NCBI GenBank assembly: GCA_964532425.1
Contig: CAZHIA010000005.1
Coordinates: 2,772 to 66,771, forward strand
Direction of reading: 5' to 3'
DNA from: an uncultured Candidatus Saccharibacteria bacterium
GTDB taxonomy: Bacteria; Patescibacteriota; Doudnabacteria; UBA920
DNA length: 64,000 bases
The notes under the pieces were generated by a model, which saw nothing but the letters and a program-made list of their open reading frames with translations, searched no databases and was not told where the DNA came from. The translations under genes and the position numbers were made by a program. Below, piece by piece: positions 26,401 through 34,635 of this stretch. Each line of letters opens with the position of its first letter. The stretch's first letter is position 1.

Positions 26401-26944
26401 AAACTTTAAAGATTTGACTGTTGACAGTCTCGGCCAGTTCGTGGTCATGGGAGGGTTGATTACCAAACTCAAACGCATTTTTACTAAGAAGAATGATCCA
26501 ATGGCGTTCTTTACCCTGCAAGATACGACCGGGCAAATCGAAGTTTTGGTATTCCCGAAGACCATGGAAAAGGTTTTGCAGTTTCTAGCCGAAGACCGCG
26601 TGGTCCAAGTCTCGGGCAAGCTTTCGGACAAGGATGAGGAGTTCAAGCTGTTAGCTGACGAGATAAAAGATCTGCCGAATGACGAACTCTATACGATGGC
26701 GCTTTCTGAAATGGAACGGAAAAAACAGGTGGTCCTGCATATGGAATCTCTCGCCAACATGGAAGCCTTGAACAGAATCAAAGACATTCTGCAGGCTAAC
26801 CCCGGTAACGCCCAGGTCTATTTAAGCCTCGGTTCAGGTGGGGCGGCCAAGCGCATCAAGACCCAAAGCCAGGTACGCATCTCGCAGGACCTGATGAAAC
26901 TGCTGCGCGAAGTGCCCGAGGTGGTGATGGTGGATATAAATTAG
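23486..26944 (+). CDS. dnaE: DNA polymerase III alpha subunit
   Basis: Begins MSFTHLHCHSHYSLLDG (PHP domain). The ORF-track start at 23420 is an upstream in-frame extension through element E1. Confidence 0.9.
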   Translation: MSFTHLHCHSHYSLLDGLSKTDQLISRTKELGMDSLALTDHGVMYGTIEFYTECIAAGIKPIIGLEAYIAPRRYTDKEGKIDADYFHLTLLAETYEGYKNLIMLTTEAHINGFYYKPRVDTELLKKYSKGLIALSGCMRGEIPRAVMNKSEEEAQKVLEKYLDIFGRGNLYIEIQRNARGYDEKEAELNTRLVEFAGKNGLPLVATSDCHYINSEDYEAQDVLVCIGTGRNVNDTDRLDMRAYDLSLKSPERMAELFSDLPEAVENSAKIAARCQVEILIDQRYFAKMEIPEGFTVADYLKKQVYEKAVPIYGDKDGNLPQNVVDRIEYELGIISKKGFDSYFLMVADIVQGAHSIGAITNTRGSAAGAIIGHILGISHIDPLYYQLPFERFLNPYRPTPPDVDLDISDQRRDDAIAWISNRFGQDKVAQIITFGTMKARASIRDVGRALGIPYSKCDQIAKMIPMGKQGFDMTLQKAMEMNPEFKEIYDRDPDTNRIVSIAQKLEGGARHASIHAAAIAITPTPLTDYTPLQLEPDGTRHITQYDMYALDAGASSKALGVIKMDLLGIRNLSILEQAVKITEKRRNVKIDIYNLPHPDPKTFQLLADGHTFGVFQLASSGMTRYLKELKPKDIFDIMAMIALYRPGPMSIIPNYIARQHGKERVDYFDPRMKDYLSRSLGLLVYQDDVLLTAVNIAGYTWEEADKLRKAMGKKIPEEMAKQKVKFIDGCVKAGIPPARATDLFAQIEPFAAYGFGRAHAASYSMVSYQTAYMKANYTVEFMTALMTAESGDETKIYAAVDECKSLGIAVLPPDVNESRGDFTVVDDKTIRFGLNAIKNLGSDVVTSIIASRKDGGPFADLQDFLIRAHTKTMNKKSWEALVKGGALDRFGERGQLLANTEEVLDYVREHFKAEMSGQNSLFGKSLGMGKLKLKDSPPATKEEAMAWEKEHLGLYVTAHPLDNYRQVLSGFTNFKDLTVDSLGQFVVMGGLITKLKRIFTKKNDPMAFFTLQDTTGQIEVLVFPKTMEKVLQFLAEDRVVQVSGKLSDKDEEFKLLADEIKDLPNDELYTMALSEMERKKQVVLHMESLANMEALNRIKDILQANPGNAQVYLSLGSGGAAKRIKTQSQVRISQDLMKLLREVPEVVMVDIN

Positions 26945-27023
26945 CAATAGAAAAATAGAAGATAGAAAGATAAAAAGATTGTAGGGGCAGCTATTAGCCG
27001 CCCGAGCAGTAAAGATAATAAAC

Positions 27024-27050
27024 AAGACCACCGGGAATCGGTGGTCTTTT
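27024..27050 (+). terminator. terminator after dnaE
   Basis: AAGACCACCG-GGAAT-CGGTGGTCTTTT. Confidence 0.65.
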
Positions 27051-27075
27051 AGGTTGGTTGGCTGGCTTGCGGCAT

Positions 27076-27307
27076 TCAGAATTTGCGCTCGCCTTTGCTG
27101 GGCGCGTTGCTTGTGTTGAAACGGATCATCCGCTTCACGTATCCTATTATTCCATCCATAAAACAGAATGAAAGGATCAGTGCGAGGATGGAGCTTGCGG
27201 CATCCGGTGCGCCTGGTTCCTCGCTAAGACAGACGAGAAGCATGATGAGTAAGAATGATACGCCGAGGATGCGCAACACGATTTGGCAGCCATACAGAAA
27301 TTCCATA
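27076..27307 (-). CDS. small membrane protein (76 aa)
   Basis: AGGAGG 4 nt before comp. ATG 27307. Two hydrophobic helices. Confidence 0.45.
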
Positions 27308-27708
27308 GTTCCTCCTGTTATCAAAAAAACGTTCAGATGATGGGCACCATCGAGGACCATCTTCAGTCCATAGATCGAAACAATATGTTTGGATTAACCT
27401 GCTAGTAAAGTTAATCCTCGATGGTGCCCATCCATATATCATACGACAATTTTAGGTAAGTGAAAAGCCGCCGTATGTTATCCAGGGCCTGTGTTCGCCA
27501 GTAAATAATGGCGTCTAAACAGGGCGTGGTTTCGGGCGGCTTTGATTGGGCATTCCAGCCAAGTGAGGTCTTCCAGGAGGCGTCTCGCAGGAATTTCCCC
27601 ATGCTCGGGAGGATGTCGGCCTACGCCGACGTGTTATCGAGGGTTCTCGTCCTTTTAGGACTATGCTAGCCCGCCTTCGGGCGGACTGCACTGCACACGC
27701 GACAGGAT

Positions 27709-27737
27709 TTGATAAAGGACTGCTAAAAATTTATAAT
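27709..27737 (+). promoter_or_regulatory. sigma-70 promoter TTGATA, 17-bp spacer, TATAAT, driving a GC-rich ORF-poor region
   Basis: Hexamers at 27709-27714 and 27732-27737. Confidence 0.5.
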
Positions 27738-28515
27738 CGCGTGCAAGAAGGAAACCCTGACTACACCGCGTCGCGAGGTTTTCTTCGCAACACTTGTATA
27801 CCCTCCTTTACATTCGAGCCTTACTACCCCAGCCCCGTCGCGGCGTATCATGGGGCGCATACCGCTTCGGCTCAAAGCGGCTCGGGTAATATAATCTGCA
27901 CCACTCCGGGTGCCCGGTCGACCAGCACAGTGCCGGTCTTCAACGCGCGGGCCGGGGTACTCTCCAGCCGGCCCGCTGCGTGTCGCGGCCGCATCATTGG
28001 CGGAGCTGTCTGTCGGTGTTTTGGTCTGGCCTACATTTTTGGCTCGATTCCAATAACCGGCACGGCGGCGGAAGCAGCAGGCGTAAGCGCCTGCGCGGCG
28101 ATAAAGCCGCCGAATGTCCGCGCGTCTGGCCGCGGGGCGCACGCTGGCGATGAATGAACGATAAGCCGAGCGTACGCATACTTGTTTCAACGTGTATAAT
28201 CACCCGACCTCTGCCGGGCGGTCACTCCGGCCGAAACCAGCGTGACCAAACAATATACTCCTTTTGGGGGATTTTGTCAAGAGTAAAGTAGAAATAGTAT
28301 TCTCGAATATAACTAATACAGCACAAATCTACCAATATTTGTTGGCCATCTAAGTCACGTAGGATGGTGTGCAGTATTGGTATATTTTGCGCTTGATTCG
28401 TTCCGCCAGCTGGCGGATTAGAGAATACTAAATATAAAAGCCGCTGGATGCATCTTGCACCAGCGGCGTCACGAACAATCAGACGATGATAAGATGGTAG
28501 TCCTCCTTGACTACT

Positions 28516-29361
28516 TTAAAGCGACTCGGCGCCGGCAACTACAAACTTGCCGGTATCGTTCTTCTTCATGGTTACTCGGATCTTGAATCCGTTGAAGGTC
28601 AGCGCCTGGCTGCCGCCGCCGACATCTTCAATCTTGTTCGGCATGCCGCAGCGAGCCATAACCTGCTCGCTATTCAAGCCCATCAGGCTCATGAGCGAGC
28701 ACCCGGTAGTTTGATCCGGACTAACCGCTGCAACTGCGACTGCGACTGGAGTAGCGTTGCTTACCGGCTTCTTAAATCCCGACACTGGTTCGATCACTTC
28801 ACTCATCTTTGCCCAGACTTCATCGGGAGTTGCTTTTTCCAAATACCCCGGGGGGAACTTGAAATGGATTTGCGAGGCCAGAAGCTTTTCCTGATCGTGG
28901 TGATCCATGCGGGTGACCGCCGAAGAGACCGTTACCCGGACCGTAGTCGCGTCCTTGACCACGAGTTCGCGGATTACCACGGTTTCTCCTGGCCGAAACG
29001 CGGTTGCGCCGGTGCGGACTGCTTTCAACCCGGTCATGGCCGAGTTCTTCAGCATGCTGCCAAACCCGGACTTCTTAGCAGGTGCAGTCGGGTCGGAGAG
29101 GGCAATTTGCCCTTCATAGTACCAGCACTGCGGCGCACTGCCGATGTCGTTCATCAGCAGGTCGCTGGCCGGGACCTGCGCGGCTTTGATCAGGAACGTT
29201 GTCCCTGTCATAGCCTTGGTCGTCGGGTTAACCATGGCGACCGAAGCTGACATTTTTTCTTCGAGCCCCGTTTGCCACGGTTCTTTTTCCGCCCGCGCGT
29301 AGCCGGCGGGAATGACAACTGACGCAATTCCAATCACTGCCGCAAACAATTTCGTCGTCAT
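28516..29361 (-). CDS. hypothetical secreted protein (signal peptide, 281 aa)
   Basis: N-terminal MTTKLFAAVIGIASVVIPAGYARA is a signal peptide. Preceded by a consensus promoter. Confidence 0.6.
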   Translation of the reverse strand: MTTKLFAAVIGIASVVIPAGYARAEKEPWQTGLEEKMSASVAMVNPTTKAMTGTTFLIKAAQVPASDLLMNDIGSAPQCWYYEGQIALSDPTAPAKKSGFGSMLKNSAMTGLKAVRTGATAFRPGETVVIRELVVKDATTVRVTVSSAVTRMDHHDQEKLLASQIHFKFPPGYLEKATPDEVWAKMSEVIEPVSGFKKPVSNATPVAVAVAAVSPDQTTGCSLMSLMGLNSEQVMARCGMPNKIEDVGGGSQALTFNGFKIRVTMKKNDTGKFVVAGAESL

Positions 29362-29416
29362 CTGAGTATCCTCTTTTCCCTTTTGAAATTCCGGCTACGC
29401 CGGTATTGCTGACCAC

Positions 29417-29445
29417 ATTATACTCTTAAAAGACGTTTTTGTCAA
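29417..29445 (-). promoter_or_regulatory. consensus sigma-70 promoter (TTGACA, 17-bp spacer, TATAAT) for 28516-29361
   Basis: TTGACA comp. 29445-29440 and TATAAT comp. 29422-29417. Confidence 0.6.
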
Positions 29446-29523
29446 GGGAAACTGGCACTTATTGCTGTTTTTTCGCTTAGTTATAAAATAATCATCGTGA
29501 CGAATAACTGTGGAAAACATGCT

Positions 29524-29552
29524 TGATTTTGGTTAATAATATTGTTATAATG
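29524..29552 (+). promoter_or_regulatory. sigma-70 promoter TTGATT, 17-bp spacer, TATAAT
   Basis: Drives the non-coding transcript 29559-29834. Confidence 0.55.
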
Positions 29553-29558
29553 TTTTTG

Positions 29559-29834
29559 GTTCTTCAAACGAAACCCCTGCACCAGTCATCCGCAAGGATT
29601 CCGGTACAGGGCAGAGCTGGTTACCACCCAGGGAGTTTGAAACAAATATATAGTCTGGATGTTTCTAGAGGACATCCAGATGAAAAGTCCAGCTCTTTCT
29701 TAGAAAGAGCGGGAGAACTGGGACGGAAACGTCTTTGGTTCGTAGGTCCGCTTCGGCGGATCCGAAGCCAAGACCCCAGGGTCGGTCCACCGCTTTGCCA
29801 ACACGGCAGCGCGGGGATCCAACCCTGGGGTTTT
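29559..29834 (+). ncRNA. candidate ~270-nt structured ncRNA or cis-regulatory leader, from promoter to intrinsic terminator
   Basis: No SD-led ORF. Hairpins GGATGT..ACATCC, GCTCTTTC-TTAG-GAAAGAGC and a CCGC-UUCG-GCGG tetraloop. Terminator CCCCAGGGT...ACCCTGGGG+TTTT at 29774-29834. The word ACAGGGCAGAGCTGGTTACCACCCAGGG is faintly reminiscent of the RNase P P5-P7 region. Confidence 0.4.
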
Positions 29835-29888
29835 GTGTAATTCAAGAGATATTTACTCGCAATTTCGAATTACGCATTACGAATTTTT

Positions 29889-30611
29889 ATGAAATATGAA
29901 TTACGCGGGGATGAAGTGCTTAATGAATTAGCCGAGCGCGCTAAAGCCCGGGCGGAGTATTTAAAAGGATTGGAATTCCGTCATCCTTCGTACGAAAAGC
30001 AGAAACTGGAGACGTTATTCGGTTTCCGCGAACAAATTTTGAAATTTTTAGAGCAATTTTACGGGACGCTCTATGTCAGGTATAAGAAGAATGATGCGGA
30101 TTTGGAACTTGATGTCTCCCAGCCAGATGTCGGGCAATATCTGGATCCCCTGCTCCAAAGAGTCGAACAGATGCTCGACCAGACCGGATTCTTCCCTCAC
30201 AAATTTTCAACTATGCCGGGGTCGGGTCACGGGGACAAGCTGGTAATTTCAAAGATTGACTCAATCTATTACCAGACCGCCGAAGGGATCACGTTCCGGC
30301 TGCGCAAGGCCAGTGCGTATGAATCAGGAAGATTGAGGGAAATGGTTCAGCCACTGTTCGAAAAGGCCGTTTTCCAAAATGACAATCGAGATTCCAGCGA
30401 GCAGCCACAGCTCGGATATCGGGTTTACGAAGCATCTACTACGGATTTTTTTGACCTGCAACAGGCATTTCGTAAAACCGGCAGATCCGTAAAATATTTT
30501 TCTCCTTTGCGGCTTTACTATGACAAAGGCAAGCTGGCAACTATTGACGCGGACAATCCGCAGAAATTAGAGATACATACGGGAGATATGGTCAATAAGA
30601 TATACAATTAA
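29889..30611 (+). CDS. hypothetical protein (240 aa) flanked by 28-bp inverted repeats
   Basis: Left repeat CGCAATTTCGAATTACGCATTACGAATT at 29858-29885 and right repeat AATTCGTAATGCGTAATCCGCAATTG at 30639-30665. No SD. Confidence 0.55.
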   Translation: MKYELRGDEVLNELAERAKARAEYLKGLEFRHPSYEKQKLETLFGFREQILKFLEQFYGTLYVRYKKNDADLELDVSQPDVGQYLDPLLQRVEQMLDQTGFFPHKFSTMPGSGHGDKLVISKIDSIYYQTAEGITFRLRKASAYESGRLREMVQPLFEKAVFQNDNRDSSEQPQLGYRVYEASTTDFFDLQQAFRKTGRSVKYFSPLRLYYDKGKLATIDADNPQKLEIHTGDMVNKIYN

Positions 30612-30684
30612 ATACAATTTTGGATTGCGGATTGGGTTTCAATTCGTAATGCGTAATCCGCAATTGTCAGTAATAAATACTACC

Positions 30685-32520
30685 ATGGATAAATCTGAAA
30701 AATTACATAATATCCGCCACTCGCTCGCCCATATCCTGGCTAGCGCGGTGCTCGAGATGTTCCCAAAAGCCCAGCTCGGCGTGGGTCCGGTTATTGAGAA
30801 TGGTTTTTACTATGATTTTTTGCTCCCCCGCGCCCTGACCCCGGAAGACATCAGCAAACTCGAAAAGCGCATGCGCGCCTTAGTCCAATCCAAACTGCCC
30901 TTTGAGCGCAGCGAAATGCTGGCTCAGGAAGCCAAGGCATTTTTTAAAGCAGCCGGCCAGCCGTTTAAGGTGGAATTGGTGGAGGATATTGAAAAGTATG
31001 GAACCACCAAGGCTGATGAAATTTTAAACAATGAAAAGGCTGCTGTAGGGGCGGCCAATGGCCGCCCGCAAGGCGAGAAAGAAAAAATTTCTCTTTATAA
31101 AACCGGCAAGTTCATCGACCTCTGCCGCGGCGGGCACGTGGACAACACCTCACATATCAAGACTGATGCATTTAAGCTCGACAAAATCTCTGGAGCCTAT
31201 TGGCGCGGTGACCAGAAGAATCCTCAAATGCAGCGCATTTACGGCATCGCGTTCGAAACCAAGCAAGAGCTCGAGGGCTACATCAAGCTGCAGGAAGAAA
31301 TCGCCAAGCGCGACCACCGCATTCTAGGGCCTAAGCTCGGGCTGTTCCTCTTCCACGAGCTTTCTCCCGGCATCCCTTTTTACCAGCCCAAGGGTATGAT
31401 CGTGCGCAATGAGCTGGAGAAATTCGTGCGTGAGTATTCATATGGTACCGGTTATCAGGAAGTCAAATTGCCACAGATGTTCGATGCGGACCTCTGGAAG
31501 ACCTCGGGACATTGGGACCATTATAAAGACGATATGTTCGTATTCAAAGTAGAAGGCCGTGATTTTGCCCTAAAACCCATGAACTGTCCCGGACACTTCA
31601 CGCTATTCAAGCAGGGGTTGTACAGTTATCGCGACCTGCCGGTCCGCTTTGCCGAAATGACGACCTTATTCCGCAATGAGCTGTCCGGAGCGTTGTCCGG
31701 ACTCACCCGCGTCCGCGGATTTGCCCAAGATGATTGCCATATTTTCCTTTCGCCTGATCAGATCAGCGACGAGGTGGCCGATCTGCTCAAGCGCATTAAA
31801 AAGATCTATTCCGTCTTCGGCATGAAGATTGAAGATGTCTATCTGTCCACCATGCCGGAAAAGGCGCTTGGTACGGAAGAGGAGTGGAAGCAGGCCGAAG
31901 CTGCCTTGGCCAGCGCCTTGAAAAAAGCGAAGTGGGACTTCCAAATCAACCCTGGCGACGGCGCGTTCTACGGGCCGAAGATCGACATGCAGATTAAGGA
32001 TGTACTCGGCAGAAAGTGGCAGCTAGCCACGGTCCAGCTTGATTTCCAAATGCCCAGAAGATTCCAACTGGAATACGTGGCACAGGATGGTACCCGAAAG
32101 ATGCCTGTAGTCATCCATCGCGCGCTCATTGGTTCGTTCGAGCGATTCTTCGCTATTCTCATTGAACACTATGGCGGAGCTTTCCCGCTCTGGCTCTCCC
32201 CTGTCCAGGTTGCCGTGCTGCCGATATCCAAAAAACAGAATAAGTACGCACGTGATGTGGTAAAGATGTTAACTGTAAGGACAGGTCGCGACCTGTCCCT
32301 ACCGGACCTGCGGATAGAAGTAGATGACCGCGATGAATCCATTGGCAAAAAGATCCGCGAAGCGACTATGCAAAAAATACCATACCAGTTGATTTTGGGC
32401 GAAAAGGAAATGAAGTCCAAGAAAATTACCGTGCGCACACGCGAAGGCAAGGACCTGGGAGCGGTACCAATAAAGAAGTTTGTGCTGAAATTGCAGGAAC
32501 AACTGGCAAAAAAGAAATAA
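30685..32520 (+). CDS. thrS: threonyl-tRNA synthetase lacking the N1 (TGS-like) domain. Starts at the N2 editing domain
   Basis: Strong collinearity with E. coli ThrRS from HSxAHxL onwards. Class II motifs and the anticodon-binding domain are present. Start ATG 30685 is preferred over the ORF-track TTG 30625, which would run through the inverted repeat. Confidence 0.88.
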   Translation: MDKSEKLHNIRHSLAHILASAVLEMFPKAQLGVGPVIENGFYYDFLLPRALTPEDISKLEKRMRALVQSKLPFERSEMLAQEAKAFFKAAGQPFKVELVEDIEKYGTTKADEILNNEKAAVGAANGRPQGEKEKISLYKTGKFIDLCRGGHVDNTSHIKTDAFKLDKISGAYWRGDQKNPQMQRIYGIAFETKQELEGYIKLQEEIAKRDHRILGPKLGLFLFHELSPGIPFYQPKGMIVRNELEKFVREYSYGTGYQEVKLPQMFDADLWKTSGHWDHYKDDMFVFKVEGRDFALKPMNCPGHFTLFKQGLYSYRDLPVRFAEMTTLFRNELSGALSGLTRVRGFAQDDCHIFLSPDQISDEVADLLKRIKKIYSVFGMKIEDVYLSTMPEKALGTEEEWKQAEAALASALKKAKWDFQINPGDGAFYGPKIDMQIKDVLGRKWQLATVQLDFQMPRRFQLEYVAQDGTRKMPVVIHRALIGSFERFFAILIEHYGGAFPLWLSPVQVAVLPISKKQNKYARDVVKMLTVRTGRDLSLPDLRIEVDDRDESIGKKIREATMQKIPYQLILGEKEMKSKKITVRTREGKDLGAVPIKKFVLKLQEQLAKKK

Positions 32521-32613
32521 GCAGGCTCCCGGTACTATAAACAGAATAGGACAAATTTAAAATCCGCCCCGTGTTTGTCATCTTGGCACGGGGCGGTTTT
32601 GTATGGCGGGTCT

Positions 32614-33318
32614 TTATACCCGCAGTAGATGTATTGCATGGCGTAAGGCTCTTCCGCAGAGCAACTCAATGTTTTCCTGGCAGGCCGTTAGGGTGTTGTC
32701 GATCCGGTAGTACGTGTTACTCAATTGCTCGTCAAGAGTGCCGGGTTTTGCCAAACCGCGCTCAATGCGATGGATTCGTCGACCAACTATAAAATATAAG
32801 ACCCCTGCAATGGCTGAGAGAATTAGCAGGCCCAGGCTCCAATCCGATCGGGCTAAATTCATGAAATCGAAGCGGTCGGTATATTTGACCGGTGTTTCTG
32901 AGGATTCCGGCCTTGTTCGTTGTGCTGTCGGCGCGCTACGCTCATCGGTTGGCGGTTCAGATGGTACGGCTGTTGTCACTCCAGTCAACCCGGCCCGAAT
33001 GGGAGGGTTTACGCTACTATTCTGTTTACCCGTCCGCGTTCTCAGCAGTGAGTTTGGAACCAATACCTTGGTGCCAACAGGCAGTTTCGTATAGCTTTCA
33101 GGAAGAAAGTGCCGGTGAGTGGCAGCGTTCAGGAACAACCGAAAGTTCAACGGGTTGCCGGTCATCTGCTCGGCCATTGACCATAAGGTTGAATTCTGAG
33201 ACAGTTCGAATTGCGAAAACTCATTCCCCTGCTCAGAAAACTGAAACAGCTTTCCCTGTGCAAGGTTGAAAAAACCCGCAAACAAAAAAAGGAGCGCACA
33301 CCATAATACATGTTTCAT
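32614..33318 (-). CDS. hypothetical exported/membrane protein (signal peptide, C-terminal TM)
   Basis: GGAGGA 4 nt before comp. ATG 33318 (MKHVLWCALLFLFAGFFNLAQG...). Confidence 0.5.
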   Translation of the reverse strand: MKHVLWCALLFLFAGFFNLAQGKLFQFSEQGNEFSQFELSQNSTLWSMAEQMTGNPLNFRLFLNAATHRHFLPESYTKLPVGTKVLVPNSLLRTRTGKQNSSVNPPIRAGLTGVTTAVPSEPPTDERSAPTAQRTRPESSETPVKYTDRFDFMNLARSDWSLGLLILSAIAGVLYFIVGRRIHRIERGLAKPGTLDEQLSNTYYRIDNTLTACQENIELLCGRALRHAIHLLRV

Positions 33319-33446
33319 AAATCCTCCAGTAAAACGAAAGACTACCGTACCATATCCGGGTAAGCCAGTCAATAGTTTTGTGGAAAAATGGCCTGAACAT
33401 CGTAAAAAAACTGCCAAGCGAACAGCTTGGCAGTTTGTGCTCATGG

Positions 33447-34514
33447 TCAGGCGAGAGTTCGCTCAGTGGCGGCCGGATCTCGTGGCGAATAATGATCCAG
33501 TTTAGGCACTTCCCAGGTTTCCTGCAGGTTCTCATTAGCATATTCCGTACGTACGACGCGCGCGCCGAGGTCGTAGTACTTGGGTATCAGCTTGACGAGT
33601 TCAGTTTTTAGGACAGGTCTTGATTCATCGTCGCAGAAGAAATGAAGGAGCGGTACGCGGTCTCCGGATTTTACATGGAGGCCGATAATAGGAATCTCGG
33701 TCCGCGCTTTCAGTACGGTTTCAACTTCTGAGGCAAGGTTGTTCAATATTTCTTGCTGATCAAGGCTCAAATCGAATGGTGGCGGGGTAACGGTGTATCG
33801 GGGCGGGCGGGCTGCGGACGGCTTGTTACTTCTAAAGCGATCCCAAAAACGATCCCAAAACTCACGCTTGCTCCAGTCGCTATAGGTCATTGCAAGCGCA
33901 GCGACTAGGAGTACAGCTGCTACTATCCAGAACACGATCCACCAGTTTATGGGTGTCGGGGGCCGGGCAAGCGGTTGCGGGCTTTCCGTAGCCGGCGGAG
34001 CGGGTGTCCGCTCAGCGGTAACGCGCGGGAGCGGAACGAAATCCTTGGGAATGTATATGATTTCGCTCGTAAGCTGCAGGTCAGGATTGTAAATGCCGTT
34101 TATCTTAGACAGTCTCTGTGCGCAGTCCGGGTCAGTGTATTTCTGGCGGCAAACATCGCGGATCGACTGGCCAGTCAGGGTATAGGGCTCGGTGCGTACC
34201 AATGATTCGGAAATAGTGATGACGGATCCGGCTGGAATGTGACGATATCGGTTTTTTGGGATGAGTCTGTCTTGGTACTCGACCTTAACTCCAGGATCGC
34301 GCCAATTAGCTGCTTTTCGGGTGACCTTCAAAGCCCAGGCACTGACCGTGTCCCCGGTTCGGATAATTCCTACAAAATCTTTTGCTGATGCCCCTACGGA
34401 ACTGAGCAGGAGGCCCAGTAAGACTAAGGCGGTTTTGACCACGTCTATTGCCCCTCCTTTGGCATGTATGTATATATGACGAAATAAAAACTCCTTGATT
34501 TCTTGCAAAATCAA
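33447..34514 (-). CDS. hypothetical membrane protein with LysM-like segments and Pro-rich linker
   Basis: GDTVSAWAL and INGIYNPDLQL...IYIP resemble LysM. TM helix WWIVFWIVAAVLLVAALAM. Confidence 0.45.
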   Translation of the reverse strand: MILQEIKEFLFRHIYIHAKGGAIDVVKTALVLLGLLLSSVGASAKDFVGIIRTGDTVSAWALKVTRKAANWRDPGVKVEYQDRLIPKNRYRHIPAGSVITISESLVRTEPYTLTGQSIRDVCRQKYTDPDCAQRLSKINGIYNPDLQLTSEIIYIPKDFVPLPRVTAERTPAPPATESPQPLARPPTPINWWIVFWIVAAVLLVAALAMTYSDWSKREFWDRFWDRFRSNKPSAARPPRYTVTPPPFDLSLDQQEILNNLASEVETVLKARTEIPIIGLHVKSGDRVPLLHFFCDDESRPVLKTELVKLIPKYYDLGARVVRTEYANENLQETWEVPKLDHYSPRDPAATERTLA

Positions 34515-34635
34515 GGAAAGGGCGAATTGATTGGAGTTACTCGGCAGATATCAGTTAGCATCACGCGGTAAGCTGCCGTATGACATAAGCCTAATTCCGA
34601 TACGCGCAGCGCAACCGATAAACGATTTCCAATGC

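Noticed and set aside
27663-28190. Overlapping ORFs 27663-28157 (plus) and 27723-28190 (minus) as protein-coding genes
   Set aside because: Both are Arg/Ala/Gly-rich low-complexity translations of a GC-rich tract, lack SDs, and are mutually antisense. The region is reported instead as a possible ncRNA or foreign fragment.
29559-29834. T-box leader hypothesis for the 270-nt transcript upstream of thrS
   Set aside because: The antiterminator T-box consensus AGGGUGGNACCGCG is not present (only AGGGUCGGUCCACCGC). An unrelated gene lies between the terminator and thrS. It is kept only as a generic ncRNA/leader candidate.
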